Position numbers and translations under genes: made by a program. A stretch of DNA of 64,000 nucleotides from the human T2T-CHM13v2.0 reference genome, Homo sapiens: the NCBI RefSeq assembly GCF_009914755.1, contig NC_060927.1; one strand, 5' to 3'. Positions within the stretch are counted from its first letter, which is position 1. Each line of letters starts with the position of its first letter. The notes beneath the pieces were generated by a model. The model saw nothing but the letters and a program-made list of their open reading frames with translations, was not told where the DNA came from and did no database searches. Of this stretch, positions 45,301 to 60,549 are shown in pieces.

Positions 45301-45652
45301 CTGATGGAAGTATTGCCGTATGTGTTTGATCTCAGCCCACTGTATCACAGGATTGTGCAAAATTTATGCTTATTAATTAGGTGCAGAATAAATGGCTTAT
45401 ATTTCTATATAGACAAACTTTAAATATCATGGTAACTTGTTACTTTTGTAATTCTCTCTATAAACAATTTTATTAACGTAAATCTAGATGTAAATCATCA
45501 CTGTAATACCTATCTCTTATTAAGAAGTATATATAGGCTAATAATTTAATATTGACTCATAAGATTTAAATATCCACAAGAGTATTATTAGTTATTAAGT
45601 CAAAACCAATAGTGCTTATAAAAACAGAAAATATAATTAAGTGGTAAACCGT

Positions 45653-45804
45653 TATGCTTACTTATAAAGGTATGCCTTATAAGTAAGCATATAATATAAT
45701 TTTATAAGTGAGCATACCTGGTTATACCTTATAAAGGTGTGCTTTATAAGTAACCATACCTTTATAAGTATAACCAGGTATGCTCACTTATAAAATTATA
45801 TTAT
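45653..45804. repeat. Compound palindrome: 15-bp-arm hairpin plus perfect 37-bp-arm inverted repeat
   Basis: 45653-45667 pairs with 45677-45691, and 45691-45727 pairs with 45768-45804; both are exact reverse complements. Confidence 0.95.
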
Positions 45805-46099
45805 TATTATAAATTATCACTGCTTTTTGTTTCAATATCCAGATAAGTAATCAGACCTCATGAACATAACCAGCTGTTGTGTGCCACAACACAAATGGTA
45901 TTTAGTGTAAAGAAGACACTTCTAGACATATATAAAATGGTGGCATTCAGAACGCAACATAAGTAATCTTGAATTATTTAGGTTGTACAATCCTCTTTTA
46001 TAAGTATCCTCAGATACATTGGAAATCAAGGGAACCTCTGTTATTTGCATGCCATCTCAGCCCAGGCTTTGAAAAGATTTGATGGTGCTAAAATTCTTC

Positions 46100-46491
46100 T
46101 AGCCAGGTATTCCATCTTCCCACTCTGTGACAGCCAAAGCATGATGAGGCCATTTAGATAAACCTCCCTGGAATTTACATACTGAAGAAATAATGTAAAG
46201 GCAAAATATATGGTTAAAGAATGACTCAATGTGGTGGTCATGGCAGGAGTCTGGCTGTAGTGTAGTCGAGAGTTCAGCAGTATTGGCTGACCAGCTAAGC
46301 ATCCAAAACACAGGTTTCCTTGGCTGGTTGTAAAGACTAGATTCTTAGATCCTGGTGGTTTTCAGAGCCTAATTCTTTTGACTTTCCATTGATTACTTGA
46401 ACTACTTGATATCCTTTCAATAAATTTATTTTTGTTTAATTGAGACAGAATTGGTTTCTATTGTTCTCAACTAAGAACTCTGAATGAAACA
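46100..46491 (+). mobile_element. ERVL-class LTR (LTR16/33-like)
   Basis: Terminus AATAAATTTATTTTTGTTTAATTGAGACAGAATTGGTTTCTATTGTTCTCAACTAAGAACTCTGAATGAAACA. Confidence 0.55.
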
Positions 46492-47659
46492 AGCACATTG
46501 AAGGAATGATCGTTATATTAGCAAGAGATTTTTATTTACTGGGACATATTTGCAGCGTGGCTCTAATAACTATATAGCTTTATAACAATGTCTTGAATAG
46601 TCATAATAAAATTTTAGAGGGGGAAAATATGCTAATGGTCAATATTTGCTGAAATGCTGAAAGATTTCTCCAAGGGATGCTTCTGCCTCTACTATCCTAA
46701 AAGCCTAATTGCATTTCTATTTTGAATTCACTATCTGACAACTACACAGAAGTATGGCATGTTTAAGGTATACCATGCCCCCATGTATTATTTTGCATAA
46801 TTTTATTCAAAAAGTTGTTATTCATTTTATGTCTGTAACTTAACCAGGTTCAATTGGTTAAGTTACATGGACGAATGACAAATGGTGCATTTTTTCCAAC
46901 CATATAACAAATAACATTATTTACCAGTAATTTATAACATCTGGCTTAAGTAAAATAATAATGCACATATTCGTATAGGTTAAATGTGAATTCAAATCAA
47001 TATAAATAATTATCATGAAGAGTGTTTTACCTTGAGTGATGTCCAAAATTCTACACTATATTAAAACACTTACTAGATCAAAGGTCCACATTATCTATGT
47101 GAGTAATGTTAACGCTGAACATTATGCAGAAGAAAGTAAAACATCAATCCAAACCTTGCAGAGCATGCAGATTGCCTGGCAACCTAACTCCTAGAAAAAA
47201 AATACCTGTGGGTCATTAGAAGGAGAGGAGAGCACAGACAGGCTAAAAAAATATGGTATTTTGTTGGAATTGCTTCATCCTAGAATACAGATATGTCTGT
47301 AAAATATGGCCACAATGACTTTTTAATGATTTTATATTGACCCATTAGGAGGGTAAAGATATTTAATTATAATCATGTAGATGTAGTCATGATATAGCTA
47401 CTGTATTTTAAAGAAATATGATATGACACAACCCACAGTGAGAAGTAATTTACACATTTTTTAAAAAGCTGAACACTTTGAGTTAAATATCCCAAATCTA
47501 CAGCAACAGCACTGGAATTTTATAAAACATACTACCATCCCCCTTTTAAAAATTATTTCAATATAATTTAATAAAGTAAAGGCACTATTGCTCAAAAATA
47601 GTAATAATGACAATAGATTCATACATGCATGGAGAGACAAAATATACAAACTGCTGCCA

Positions 47660-47820
47660 TAGGGTGGGCACGGTGCTAAGTATTTTACAGGCATTTAATT
47701 CTGAAAATAATCACACATGAATTAGAGCTATTTCCTTCCTTTCTTGAAAAAAGGAAACTGAGACGTAGAAATAATAAGTAACTTGCCCTGGCAAGATAGC
47801 ACAGCTGTTAAGGGAGCAAT
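47660..47820 (-). mobile_element. MIR
   Basis: GGAAACTGAGACGTAGAAATAATAAGTAACTTGCCC...CACAGCT. Confidence 0.7.
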
Positions 47821-48149
47821 ACTCAATATCATTTACCCTGCTTCCTCCACTTCTGAAGTTCTGTATCTCAGGTGATGCCATTGTTACCATATCTTTTAGT
47901 TATTACTAGTACATAATTCTTATTATCATTATTATTAATAGCCACCATCAATGGTTCATTGCTCATATTTTGATCTAGAGCAACTAGCCTTCCACATAGA
48001 TGTGAATAAAATTATGTTCTAGCCTACTTAATAGGCTGAGCCACATATTCTAAGCATTTATTGTAGAGCCTTGCTTCTTTTTTTTTCCTCCCCCAGGAAC
48101 AAGGCAGAGCAGTAGTTTCAAATTCTAGCTATCAGGAACATAACACTAT

Positions 48150-51100
48150 ATAATGGCTGTTAATTCAAAGTATATACTACATGTTGAAAACTTGCACTCT
48201 AAATTCATAGGAAGCCAGGCCCAAACTGGCACCAGGGTGACACCTTTAAAAGTGCCATTTCAACTTTTTTATCAGGCTGGCAGTTTCTGGGTGATGATGT
48301 GGTACACTATAAGGCTACTGGAGCCCACTTTTATGTGCCCTTCATCATATAATGGGTTTCCTGTTTTGAAGTGATGTTGTACAAGATCCCATTACTTAAA
48401 TAAGACATTCTGTGAACTCTCAGATAGTGGTCCAGGCTGAGGCAGTAGGCAGAAAAGGGAAACTCTTATCAGAAATATGTATCAATTACAGCAAGGGTGA
48501 AATGCTGTCCTTTAGGGTAAAGGGGATGTAAAGTATTCAACTTTGCCAATCTATGGTTTATTGATCTTTCCAGGGTTTGTATCATATTGAGGAATCAGCT
48601 TCTGTCTTTGCTACTGTCAGTTTAAACATCTGTCATTGGCAATAGCTAAACCATGCTTGGTGAGAAGGATCTCACATAATTATATCCATTTATATCCTCT
48701 ACATCTGCCACCATGATGTGGGTCATTTTGCAAGCATCGGGTGGCCAAGGACAGAGACTGGCTGATGTACACTGGACAAATTACCCTATTCATCAGTCAG
48801 TTTGGTTTATTTCCTTCATTGAATGTGCTCTACAGGATGTTGACTGGAGACACAAATACTTAAACTCTTCCTGTTCTCTCCCATAGGTTCAATCATATGC
48901 TTCTTCTTAAGACCTTCTTTCTTTGATCTTCCCATCATAATCATTCCAGGCTCCTGACCAACCAATAAATCAATCACCACTGCCCAATAATCTGAAAATG
49001 CTTATCTACAAACAATTCTCTGTTCTTGCACAATTGATGGCTAAGTAAACTGCTCAAAGGTCTGTATACCTTGCATAATTGATGGCCAAGTATATTGCTC
49101 AAAATTCTTTTCTCTCACTACCATATCTCATAACTAATTCTGATTGAAGTGTAGTGCAGCAGAAATCCATGTTTATCTTTCAATAGCAGATAGCATTGAC
49201 ACACCTAGGAATCAACTTGATTTTGTTTGTTTTCACCTATACCATGTGGTCATAGGGAAAGTCTTATAATGCCTGTGGTAGACACTGAGAAAAATGCATT
49301 CATGCAATAAATTTGTGTGATATTGGGTGCAGGCCATCTGTTACTGTATCTTCTTTTAAACCCTGTACTTACTGATGTCCCAACTTAATGTACCATTGCA
49401 GAAAATGTATTGCTGTTGTGCCACAAAACCATATGACTTGGTGGAGCTGACAATACTTCTGAATGCACAGCTCTGATAACACGCCACTTCATATCCCATA
49501 TTCAGGCATCCAATCTCTACTAGGCAATATAATGAAACAAAAGCTGATTTGTTAATTTGTTATTTGTGAATAATTCTCTGCTACAGATGGTACTGTCTTA
49601 CTCCACAACCCAAAGTATCTGCATTGCTATTCTCCTATTGGAGCTTGCTAGAGATTTCATGTGGCATCTTTACCTACATTATATTTGGCAGGTCTTCTGA
49701 CTCAGGCGCTGCTTAAACCTACCACAGATTTCTTTCATGTTCTGGGCCCCAATGAAAAACTGCTAACTTTCTAAAATACTCAATAAAAGAAGCAAAGCAG
49801 TATTTTCAATTATGGCATATGCTATGCCCCCATGCACACAGATATATAGAAGTAAAAGATACCTTTGTTTTCCTTAAGTAGAATACCAAAGATACCTTTT
49901 GTTAAGTAGTAGAAGGTATGTGATGCCATAATTTCTTTACTTTGGAGAATGTGGTATAAATTGTTTAGCAAATACTTATTTCCTCTCTTCAACTTCCACT
50001 GGAGGTGTAGACCCCAGCACCCCTTCCTCTACCCCAGTGATAATGGGCTTATCCATATGACTTGCTTTGGTCAATGGAATATAGGTGGAGATTACAGTGT
50101 GCCATATCAAAGACTTAAATGGCATAGGTTATTTCTGCTCACCTCATTGGGAACCTCCAAACTCTGTAAAGAAAAGAAAATACCCAGATACTACTTTTTC
50201 CTTCAACTTTGGACACACCAAGTAAGACAAAAAGAGTAAAATAAGGCCAGTAGTCAAACCCAGACAAATAATAGCATGAAGTAGAACTTCCCCAGCTAGG
50301 ACAAATAGAATATTCTCTCATGTCCAGATAATTGAACTATAAAGCTTTTCTAATATGTCAAGCCCTGGAATCTGCTTAGGGATTACACCTCTACTCTGGC
50401 CTGCCTGTAACGTATCAGGCCACCTGAAGTATTTGCCATTTCCTGCTCTATAGGTCCGATTAAAGTGCTGTCGCCAATATGGTATACCTGCATGATGCTC
50501 TCTGGAGAGTCAAGATAATCATATTTATCTTAATTAAGATGCTGTCCTTTTAGAGTGTAAGGGATATAAAGTATTCAACTTTACATAAAGTAAATAATCT
50601 ATTCTACCTGTTTGCCTGTTATGCTGAGAAATAAGGGCAGAGCGTAGTCTTAGAGGGTATGTGTTGACTGTGCATTGCTATCTTTCTAAAGTAAATATAA
50701 ATGCTTTGGTTCTTCCTTGACTGAAATCAAAAGGAACACATTATGCAGATCAACAGAGCAAACCAAGTACCAGTGTTTGTGTTGGTCTGCTCTAATAAAG
50801 ATACTACATTCACACAGAAGCTGTGACTGGGCTGCACGTGGTTCAGTTTCTGATAGTCCATTAGCAGCAGCCATAGTCTTTCTGGTTTTTACAAGAGTCA
50901 TAACAATGAATTGGAATTTTTAAAGACTCTACATTTTTAAATAATAGAGGGAAGCATCTGAATTTTTCAAATATTTGAGTGTGTCATATATTTTTCTGCT
51001 TCTACTTGGGTTGGAGTGTTGTTTATTGTTTACTAACCTGTCCAGTGGTGATAGTTTCATATGCTCCCTCTCAGACTTTTCTTCTATAATGGCTCAAACT

Positions 51101-52600
51101 CCATACGGCAGGCAGCCAAAATGAATATCTTTCCAGCCAATAATTATATTCATCCTGATTTTGTACTCATGAACTAGGAAAATGACCACAATATAAACCT
51201 ATGGGCCTACTAAACCCACCATAAGATGAATGGAGGCCATGTTGCCATTTACTATTGTACGAACTCACTTTTAACAAGGGGCTATGATGGCATTTTGTGT
51301 TCTCTGGTGTCAACATCAGCTAACAGCCAGTATCCAAAGGCTGTGAAATGACACTGGTATTTCTCTTTCCCCTATTGTGTAGTTTTTGGAAATATATTTG
51401 GTCCATTTAGCAAAACATTGGATGAATAGTTATTGAATGTGTTTGTATTGCATGTCAGGCTTCTCCCACAATGGTCACAGTTTCCCTTTCAATTAGTGGT
51501 TTTTGTGTCTGTCAATTGAATTAGGTCTGAAAACTAAGAAGGGCTTATTATCCACTGTGATGTCTGACATCAGCTTTCTGCTTGCATGCTCTTGATTATT
51601 TCGGGTTATATAAGTCAAGCAATATAATTCTTGGCAGCTCATCTGTTTTGTCCTTAGGAACACTGTAGTCTATTAGTTATTGACATAGGTCTATTAGCTA
51701 CTGTCAAAGTCTTTCTAACCTTATGGTCTATTATACAGTTATGTTCACCTTGCCACTGAATTAAATGCTGCCATCTACCCTCTGCTATTTTGGAAACTTA
51801 TAATCCACAATGACAATAGAGAGACTAATTTCATAACAGCATTCCCTATCATTGGAATTGGCCCACAGAAGAAATCACTGACCTACACAATGATGCAAGT
51901 GTTTCCCCTTTGATTAGCACATTCTTTATCATTTCAGCCATAGGAGTGTTCTCTGGGTAGACTCAGGAAACAAACTGAATCAACTGGCTTATTCTTTGGT
52001 CATATGTAATCAATCAATTCTAACAAATCTACCTTTCTGACTTTTTGAGCTCTTCTTTGATATTGTTCCAAAACAGTTCTGGCAAGTCTACCTCTTTTAC
52101 CATAGGCCTTCATTTTTTCACTTCAAATTTTGAATTGCCTCACTTCAATAGCTTATAAACAGTTTCCTTTAACAGAGTTATAAGAGAGTACTCAAATTTG
52201 CAAAATATCTTTCTTATCCAGTCATATATTCACTCCTCCCTGGTCAAGCATCCATAAGCCATATTCCCAAACATGGTATGTTAGTTATTGCCGTTGTGTG
52301 TTAGCCAGAGGCAACAGCTCTTTCACTGAACAATCACTTTCTTTCTGCAGCAAGGATAGGCATTTCCTCTTTAGGCCTTACAAAGATTTAATCTGCTTAT
52401 TGTACTGAAAGCAGTGAAGACAGTTTGAAGGAAATTATGAGGAGTGCACGCATCATCACATAAGGCATCAATTTCTTGTGAAGATTTTGATTGATATTTA
52501 ATCAATGAGCACCATATTTTCTCTAACAAGCAAAGATTTGTGATCCCACACCTTAGGCAGCATTAAACTTCCATTCATTCCTCTCATACATATCCCAAGT
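48150..52600 (-). mobile_element. Highly decayed ERVL internal sequence (pol/gag remnants), interrupted by other inserts
   Basis: Minus-strand SAPPSHMVL at ~49430-49460 resembles ERVL RNaseH-region SDPPSHKVG; further ERVL-like tracts at 48200-49800 and 51000-52500. Boundaries uncertain. Confidence 0.55.
49950..50320 (+). mobile_element. MLT1-type LTR, 5' part
   Basis: CATATGACTTGCTTTGGTCAATGGAAT motif. Confidence 0.6.
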
Positions 52601-52609
52601 TATATTGGT

Positions 52610-52807
52610 CTCAGAGGAATTAGACACACATGGGACAGACATGAGGCCAACTGACAGCTTGGAGCTGAGCTAGTCAAGCCTAGATAATAACAGTTGAAAC
52701 CAACTCACAGAGTCCTGTGTGTAAAATTAAATGTTTATTATTCAAATCCTCTGAGTTTTTGAATAGCTAGTCATGCAGGAATATTGTTACAAGAGCTGAC
52801 TGCTACA
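52610..52807 (+). mobile_element. MLT1-type LTR, 3' part
   Basis: ATTAAATGTTTATT...CTGAGTTTTTG...AGAGCTGACTGCTACA terminus. Confidence 0.55.
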
Positions 52808-53899
52808 GAATAGTATTCATTTTAGAAAATGAACCATAAAATTAGCATATATAATTTCATAATTTTTTCCCGAGAGTCTTCTGATATTCTTTTCTAATAT
52901 TTGTCAAACTAATGCATCTGTACATCCTGAACACAATATGTGTATTCATTGTTTACAAGTATTAGTAACATAAAAATTAATTTTAGCTCAACTACCATAT
53001 ATTTCAAAGGAATGAGAGTTCAGTAATTCTCTTTCCTAACTTTCTTTAGATTATGTTCAAATAACAAAGCAAATAACCAAACAGTTAACAAGCATACAAA
53101 TAGATGGCTAGCTAAACATATAAACTGCCTTGAAAAGAACTTCGGTTTTCTACAGACTTGCTTTTAGATGTTTGATCTACAACTGTCCAGTTTTGTTCAT
53201 TTTGGCAGGCAGTGTAACTCTCTAAGACATATCAACTTCCGAAGACCTCGTGTGAAGATATAATTAAATAATATATGTGAATTTGCCCATCATATTACAT
53301 AGTGCAGGTTCTGAAAGACAGCAGATATTCAATCAATGTTACTATTCTGTTATTTTTTCTCCCTTACTCCCTAATCACTACGTTTAAAGACACATAACAC
53401 TGGAAATTGATATTTGTATCATAACTACCTCTATAAACTGTGTTCTTATGAGAAGAGAGAACAAACCTAGTTGTTTTGATACCTGTAGCTTAATTTTTGT
53501 TACACTTGTCCAGATTTATTTTAGGCATGGTTATGCTGGATTGTTTTATATGTTTGAATAATTTGGGAAATAAAGATCCTTAAAATACAAGAACACCATC
53601 CTTGTATTTAAATGCCAACATGACAGCATTGTAGAAATTCATATATGGGTGTTTATTTTGAAGTTCTGCAATTTTTCTGGCACTTTAAATTGTGAAATAT
53701 TCATTCATTTTTAATGTTTTAAAATACATTTTGAGTAAACGATGAATATAAAATTGAAGTGGAAATTCTAGCTAGGGGTCTAGAAGTGCACTAAAAAAGT
53801 GGTTATCCATTAATTTCACTTTTTTTAGTGTTGAAAAATAAAATTTTAAATACAAGCAAGATACTGGGATGGACAATTGTTAGTTCTTCCCTGATATCA

Positions 53900-54392
53900 G
53901 CTTCTCTCCTGTCCCATCCTTGATATTCAAATTTCCTGTTGACAAGTTCACTCTTCTTCAGTTCTCACCCAGAAAGTTTGAATGAGATCATCTCCACCCT
54001 CAGCTCTAGAGACTGGTGGGAAGGAAGGGCTTAAGCCTATTAGCAGATCACAGTACAACTGCAACAAAGGACATCCTTAGTGTTGCTTCCAGGAGAGAAA
54101 AATTTCCTTCCTCTTCTGAGAAAGCCATTGGAATAGACATTCATTTCATAGGAAACAGCATGGGGCCTGGAGTATCACTTTTTGATCCCAGGAAAAACCT
54201 GCCTGAAAATGGAACTGAGAGACAACAGAGTCAAGAACTGAACAGAGAACATCTGAGGCCCAGTCATACTTCTTCAGTTTGAATTTAAAAGCTTTACCTA
54301 AAGTCAGACGTCTTCCTAGATTTTTAAGTAACGTGAATCAATAAATCTGAGTCTTGTTTCCCATACCTTGACATACAAAGCATACTAACTGA
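53900..54392 (+). mobile_element. Old ERVL/MaLR LTR, subfamily uncertain
   Basis: CTAGATTTTTAAGTAACGTGAATCAATAAAT...AAAGCATACTAACTGA terminus. Confidence 0.45.
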
Positions 54393-54464
54393 TTTTTAAA
54401 ATACAGGTAAGAAGCTACTTAGATATTTCTCACATAATTAAGCTTTTAGTAGTTATCTTTAGAG

Positions 54465-54695
54465 ACTTAACATAGCACATAAGATCTTAGTCTCTGGAAT
54501 TTGGGTGGAAATTCTGCTTTTGCTGTTTAGTGGTTGACCTTGGGTAAATAAAGTAATATGTGTGTGCCTCGGCTTTCCCATGTATATGATCAGGGTAATG
54601 GTACCTACCTCACAGGGTATAGTTAAATGGGATAGTATGTGTAAAGTATTAATAGGGTCCAGCATATAGCATACTCAATAAATTTTACCCATTAT
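54465..54695 (+). mobile_element. MIR
   Basis: TGACCTTGGGTAAAT...TGTGCCTCGGCTTTCCCATGTAT...GGTACCTACCTCACAGGGT...ACTCAATAAAT. Confidence 0.85.
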
Positions 54696-55434
54696 GATTT
54701 TTATTGTTTTTGATTAATCAGAAATAAAATTTTGACATCAGGTTTATATTAGAAACTTTTATTTGTACCTCTATACTTCAGGAGCATAAGATATTTCTTT
54801 TATTCATTCAATTAAAAAATGCTAAAATAGGTGTCAATTCAAATATTCCGAAATTTCAACTACAATAAACAAAATTTAATAAACCACTAAAGAAATGTAA
54901 TACAGTAAAGTTTTCCTTAGCTTGACTGCCATATCATCAATAATACAATGATATATTAATAAAAATTAGAAGAAGTGGTGTACTTCACATAACAGTCTCA
55001 ATATAAGGAAAAAAATGAACTCTCAAAAAGTTATTAGTTATTCTGTACTTGCATTGACTTACATGTTAGGGCAGGATGGGGTATATTGTAGCTTGAAACA
55101 ATCTCAAAATCTCATTAGTTAAAATAAGCAAAAATTAAATTCTTGAATTTTCAACAAGTTTTTACTAGTCCAGACAACTCTCTAGATCAGTTGCACTCTA
55201 TGACTCCAAGACTTCGTTTGTTTTTATTTAATAGCTGCAGCATTTCAACATGAGACTGGCACACTAATTAGAGTGAGGAAAGAGAAAAATTGGAGAAGTG
55301 TCACTTCAGCTTTTATTCCTTTGCCCATAATTAGACATATGATCCTGTCTAATAGCAAGGTACTGAGGAAATATAGGCTCCCAACATGCCAGGGAAAGGA
55401 AGGATAACGGGCTGGTTTCAAGCACTAGTAACAC

Positions 55435-55838
55435 TGTGTTAGGCCATTCTTGTACTGTTATAAAGAAATACCTGAGGCTGGGTAATTTATAAAGAAAAGA
55501 GGTTTAAGTGGCTAGTGGTTCTGCAGGCTCTACCAGCATAGCTCCAGCATCTGCTTCTGGGGAGGGCTTCAGGAATCTTACAATCATGGGGGAAGGCAAG
55601 GGGATGTGCCATGTGCTTCATGTGGCAAGAGTGAGAGCAAAAGAGAGAGGGGCGGTGCCACACACGTTTAAACAATCAGATCTCATGAAAACTCACTTCC
55701 TATCACAAGAACAGCACTAAGGCATTCATGAGGGATCAGCCCTCATAACACAAACACCTCCCACTAGGTCCCACCTCCTACATTGGGGATTACATTTCAA
55801 CATGAGATTTGGAGGGGACAGGCATCCAAACTATATAA
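55435..55838 (-). mobile_element. MSTA-type MaLR solo LTR
   Basis: TGTGTTAGGCCATTCTTG...AAAGAAATACCTGAGGCTGGGTAATTTATAAAGAAAAGAGG...CATGAGATTTGGAGGGGACA...CAAACTATAT. Confidence 0.9.
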
Positions 55839-56160
55839 AGCAGCTATCATAATTTTAAAAATGCAAAGGCAATTGTTTGTAATTTCAAATGAAAATGCAA
55901 CATTGTACATTAAAATAAAAAGCTTATAGTTTAAAAATTATATATCAAATGTGATTAAAATAAATATGAATAAATAATACTTTATCTGAAAATATCATAA
56001 TTTGCCATGAAGGAGGTCTGAGCTTAGTTATCTAGATTATAATCTCTATTATTTAGAAATTTGCTAATATTTCTTTTCCCTTGAAAGCTTTCTGATTACA
56101 TTTTTAAAATTGCTTTATAGTCTCTCAATTCTCCTATTTCCTGCACAAACAGGTTTCCTT

Positions 56161-57958
<1,798 letters not shown>

Positions 57959-58869
57959 CTCTAAGCTTATAATATGTGATAAAATTTTATCTTTTATTAG
58001 AAAATCTCTGGGAAGTGATCAACACCACAAATTAAATCAGTTAAGTCCAAGATATGGTAAGGATGCTTGGTATATATTATAACTGAGATACAGGAATAAG
58101 CAGTACTTGAAAAGGCCAGGAGAAAAAGTCCTTGGCATCTCCTTGGCATCTAAGTCCTTAGCGGATAATTAGTAACTCTTCTATCTGTTGATCTCAAATG
58201 TGCACTTAGCAACAACCATGATTGAGGAAGTATTTCTTCTGAGGACAGTTCCAACTTTAATTGTTCTGCAGCAGTAGATAAGAAGGCTAAAGACTCAAGA
58301 ATTTCAACATAAACATTGAAATTCCATTTCAATGTTACATTCATTGTTTATTGAGAATATCTTTTAAAAGTTTTCCAAGTCCCAAAGTGATCTGGGGACA
58401 GAGTTACCAAAAAATTCCTTTAACCTCAGTTGTAGGCAACACATTTAACATTTACTTTTCCATTTACATGTTTAACAATAATGCTACGCATGTTATTTTA
58501 TAATAGTTACATAATTAATGCCACTTTAAGAAATAAAAATTACACTAGAATAATATCATTGATTTTCAAGACCCAAAGAAAAAAATATTTTTGTATCACA
58601 TGCTTCTGAAACAGACAATTATGACATAATTGTTTCTTTTTAATTTCTTATTTAGAAAACAGAATTAGTATATAGTCTAAATTTATTTCTAATCAAAGAC
58701 AGGACAGGATCAATGTGTGACTGATGAAACAAGCCCACTTCATCAATTGACCATGTAACTCTGCAACTTGATTAATTACTTTGGGTTAAGAACTAAAATA
58801 AAAATAAGTACATAAACTCTATATATTTACTTTAACTTTGGAATGAGAGAAAAGTATTAGATACAGTGA

Positions 58870-59030
58870 ATATGTGTGTGCGTGTGTATGTGTATTTGAG
58901 TTAGTGTTTATATGTGTATATTTGATACACACATCTGTGTGTGTATATATACACATATACGTATACTTGTGTATATTGTTTAAATATTATGTATATACAT
59001 GTGTGTATATATATATATATATGTATGTAT
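58870..59030. repeat. (TG/TA)n low-complexity tract
   Basis: Alternating purine-pyrimidine run read directly. Confidence 0.85.
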
Positions 59031-59214
59031 TCTCTATGCTTATATTGAAAAGAATAGAGTACTTCAATTTTCCCAAAAAGGTAGAGGTTTGAGTTTAACA
59101 TAAATGAGCTATCTTCCCTCTCAATTTCCTCTGTAACATAAATTAACAGCCAGGGCAAGAAAGCTAATAAAACAGGAAGGCTTTTAATAAAAAAAAAAAA
59201 TGATTACAAGTGAC

Positions 59215-59790
59215 AGAAAACTGAACATTTTAAAAGTCTGTAATGAAAATACCAGTGTTGGCAAATATGTGGAAGAAATAGAACTCTCATGTATTGCTGA
59301 TAAGAGTGGATTATTATAAATGTTATGGAAAATTGTCAGCATACTCTAAAGCTGAAAATATGCCTACCCTTTGACCTGGTAGTTACATGCTCAGGTATAC
59401 ACCAACAGCAATGCATACATATGTTCACTAAAAAAAAGCTTATCAGCAGAAAAATGGATAAATTGTGTTATATTTACAAATAGAATCCATTATATCAATA
59501 AGAAAAAACAAGCTGTAACCACAGGACAACATTAATGGATTGCAAAAACAAGATGTTGAACTAAAGAATTCAGAACAAAAAGGTCATATATTCCATTCAT
59601 ATATAATATCAAAATGGCAAAACTAATGTATACTGTTAGACAACAGGATAGTGGTTTCCCTTGAATGTCACCGATTGACTGGAAGGGAGCATGAAAGGAG
59701 CTTCTGAGGTGATGGTAATGTTCTCTTTCTTGATCTACAGTTGAGTTATGCAAGTTTATTCAGATTATAAAAATTCACTATTTGTGATAT
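59215..59790 (+). mobile_element. Ancient L1M (L1MC/MD/ME-like) 3' end
   Basis: AATACCAGTGTTGGCAAATATGTGGAAGAAATAGAACTCTCAT and GGAGCTTCTGAGGTGATGGTAATGTTCTCTTTCTTGATC. Confidence 0.8.
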
Positions 59791-60549
59791 TTCAAAAATT
59801 ACTTTTTAAACTTCTTAGCAAAGAGATACATTTATTTTTTCACATAATTGAAAAATTCAGATTACGTACAAGGCTGGAGACAACCTGCTTCTCAGGAACA
59901 CAAACTCTGCCTGTGTTTTCGCCCTTTTCTCCTCTGTGCTGATTTACAAAGCTATGTGTAGTGCAAAGAGTACTTCCAGGCATTGTAGATCTTTCCTTTC
60001 AAATATAAATTCAAAAGAGACTAAATTTCTCCTTCTATAAATGTCTTCTTCCTCAACAGACTATATTCAGCTTGGTAATCATTATTTGAGTCCATCAATA
60101 GAGTCACCTAGAAGAGAATGTGCAGAGGACTATGGATTCAGTCAAACACCCTCACATGAAAGTTGGTGTGGGGGCATTTTCTTCCAGACCACATAGACTC
60201 AAAAGTGGAAAGAAGATTTTCTATTTTTTTTTAAAAGAGAGAGACAGCAAACAAGCAAAAGAACATGGGTTCTTACGAGAAATAGGGTGAATGCTATCTA
60301 TCACAGGTCAAGATATCTCTCAAATCTAGAATAGGTTTGATTTGACCTTTAGGGCCTGCACTTTTCTTATATGATTAAACTAATGGAGAATTTTGAGTGT
60401 CACAAGGGAAAGTTTCCAACTGACTTGCTATCATGAGTGAGATGCTTAAAAATCCTGGAGAGCCATTAATGTTATCTGCCATGCTGGGCTGAGTTACTCC
60501 CAGTTCCTGTAGTGTCTAATGTGTCCTAGCAGGAATTATTATTGCTTGG

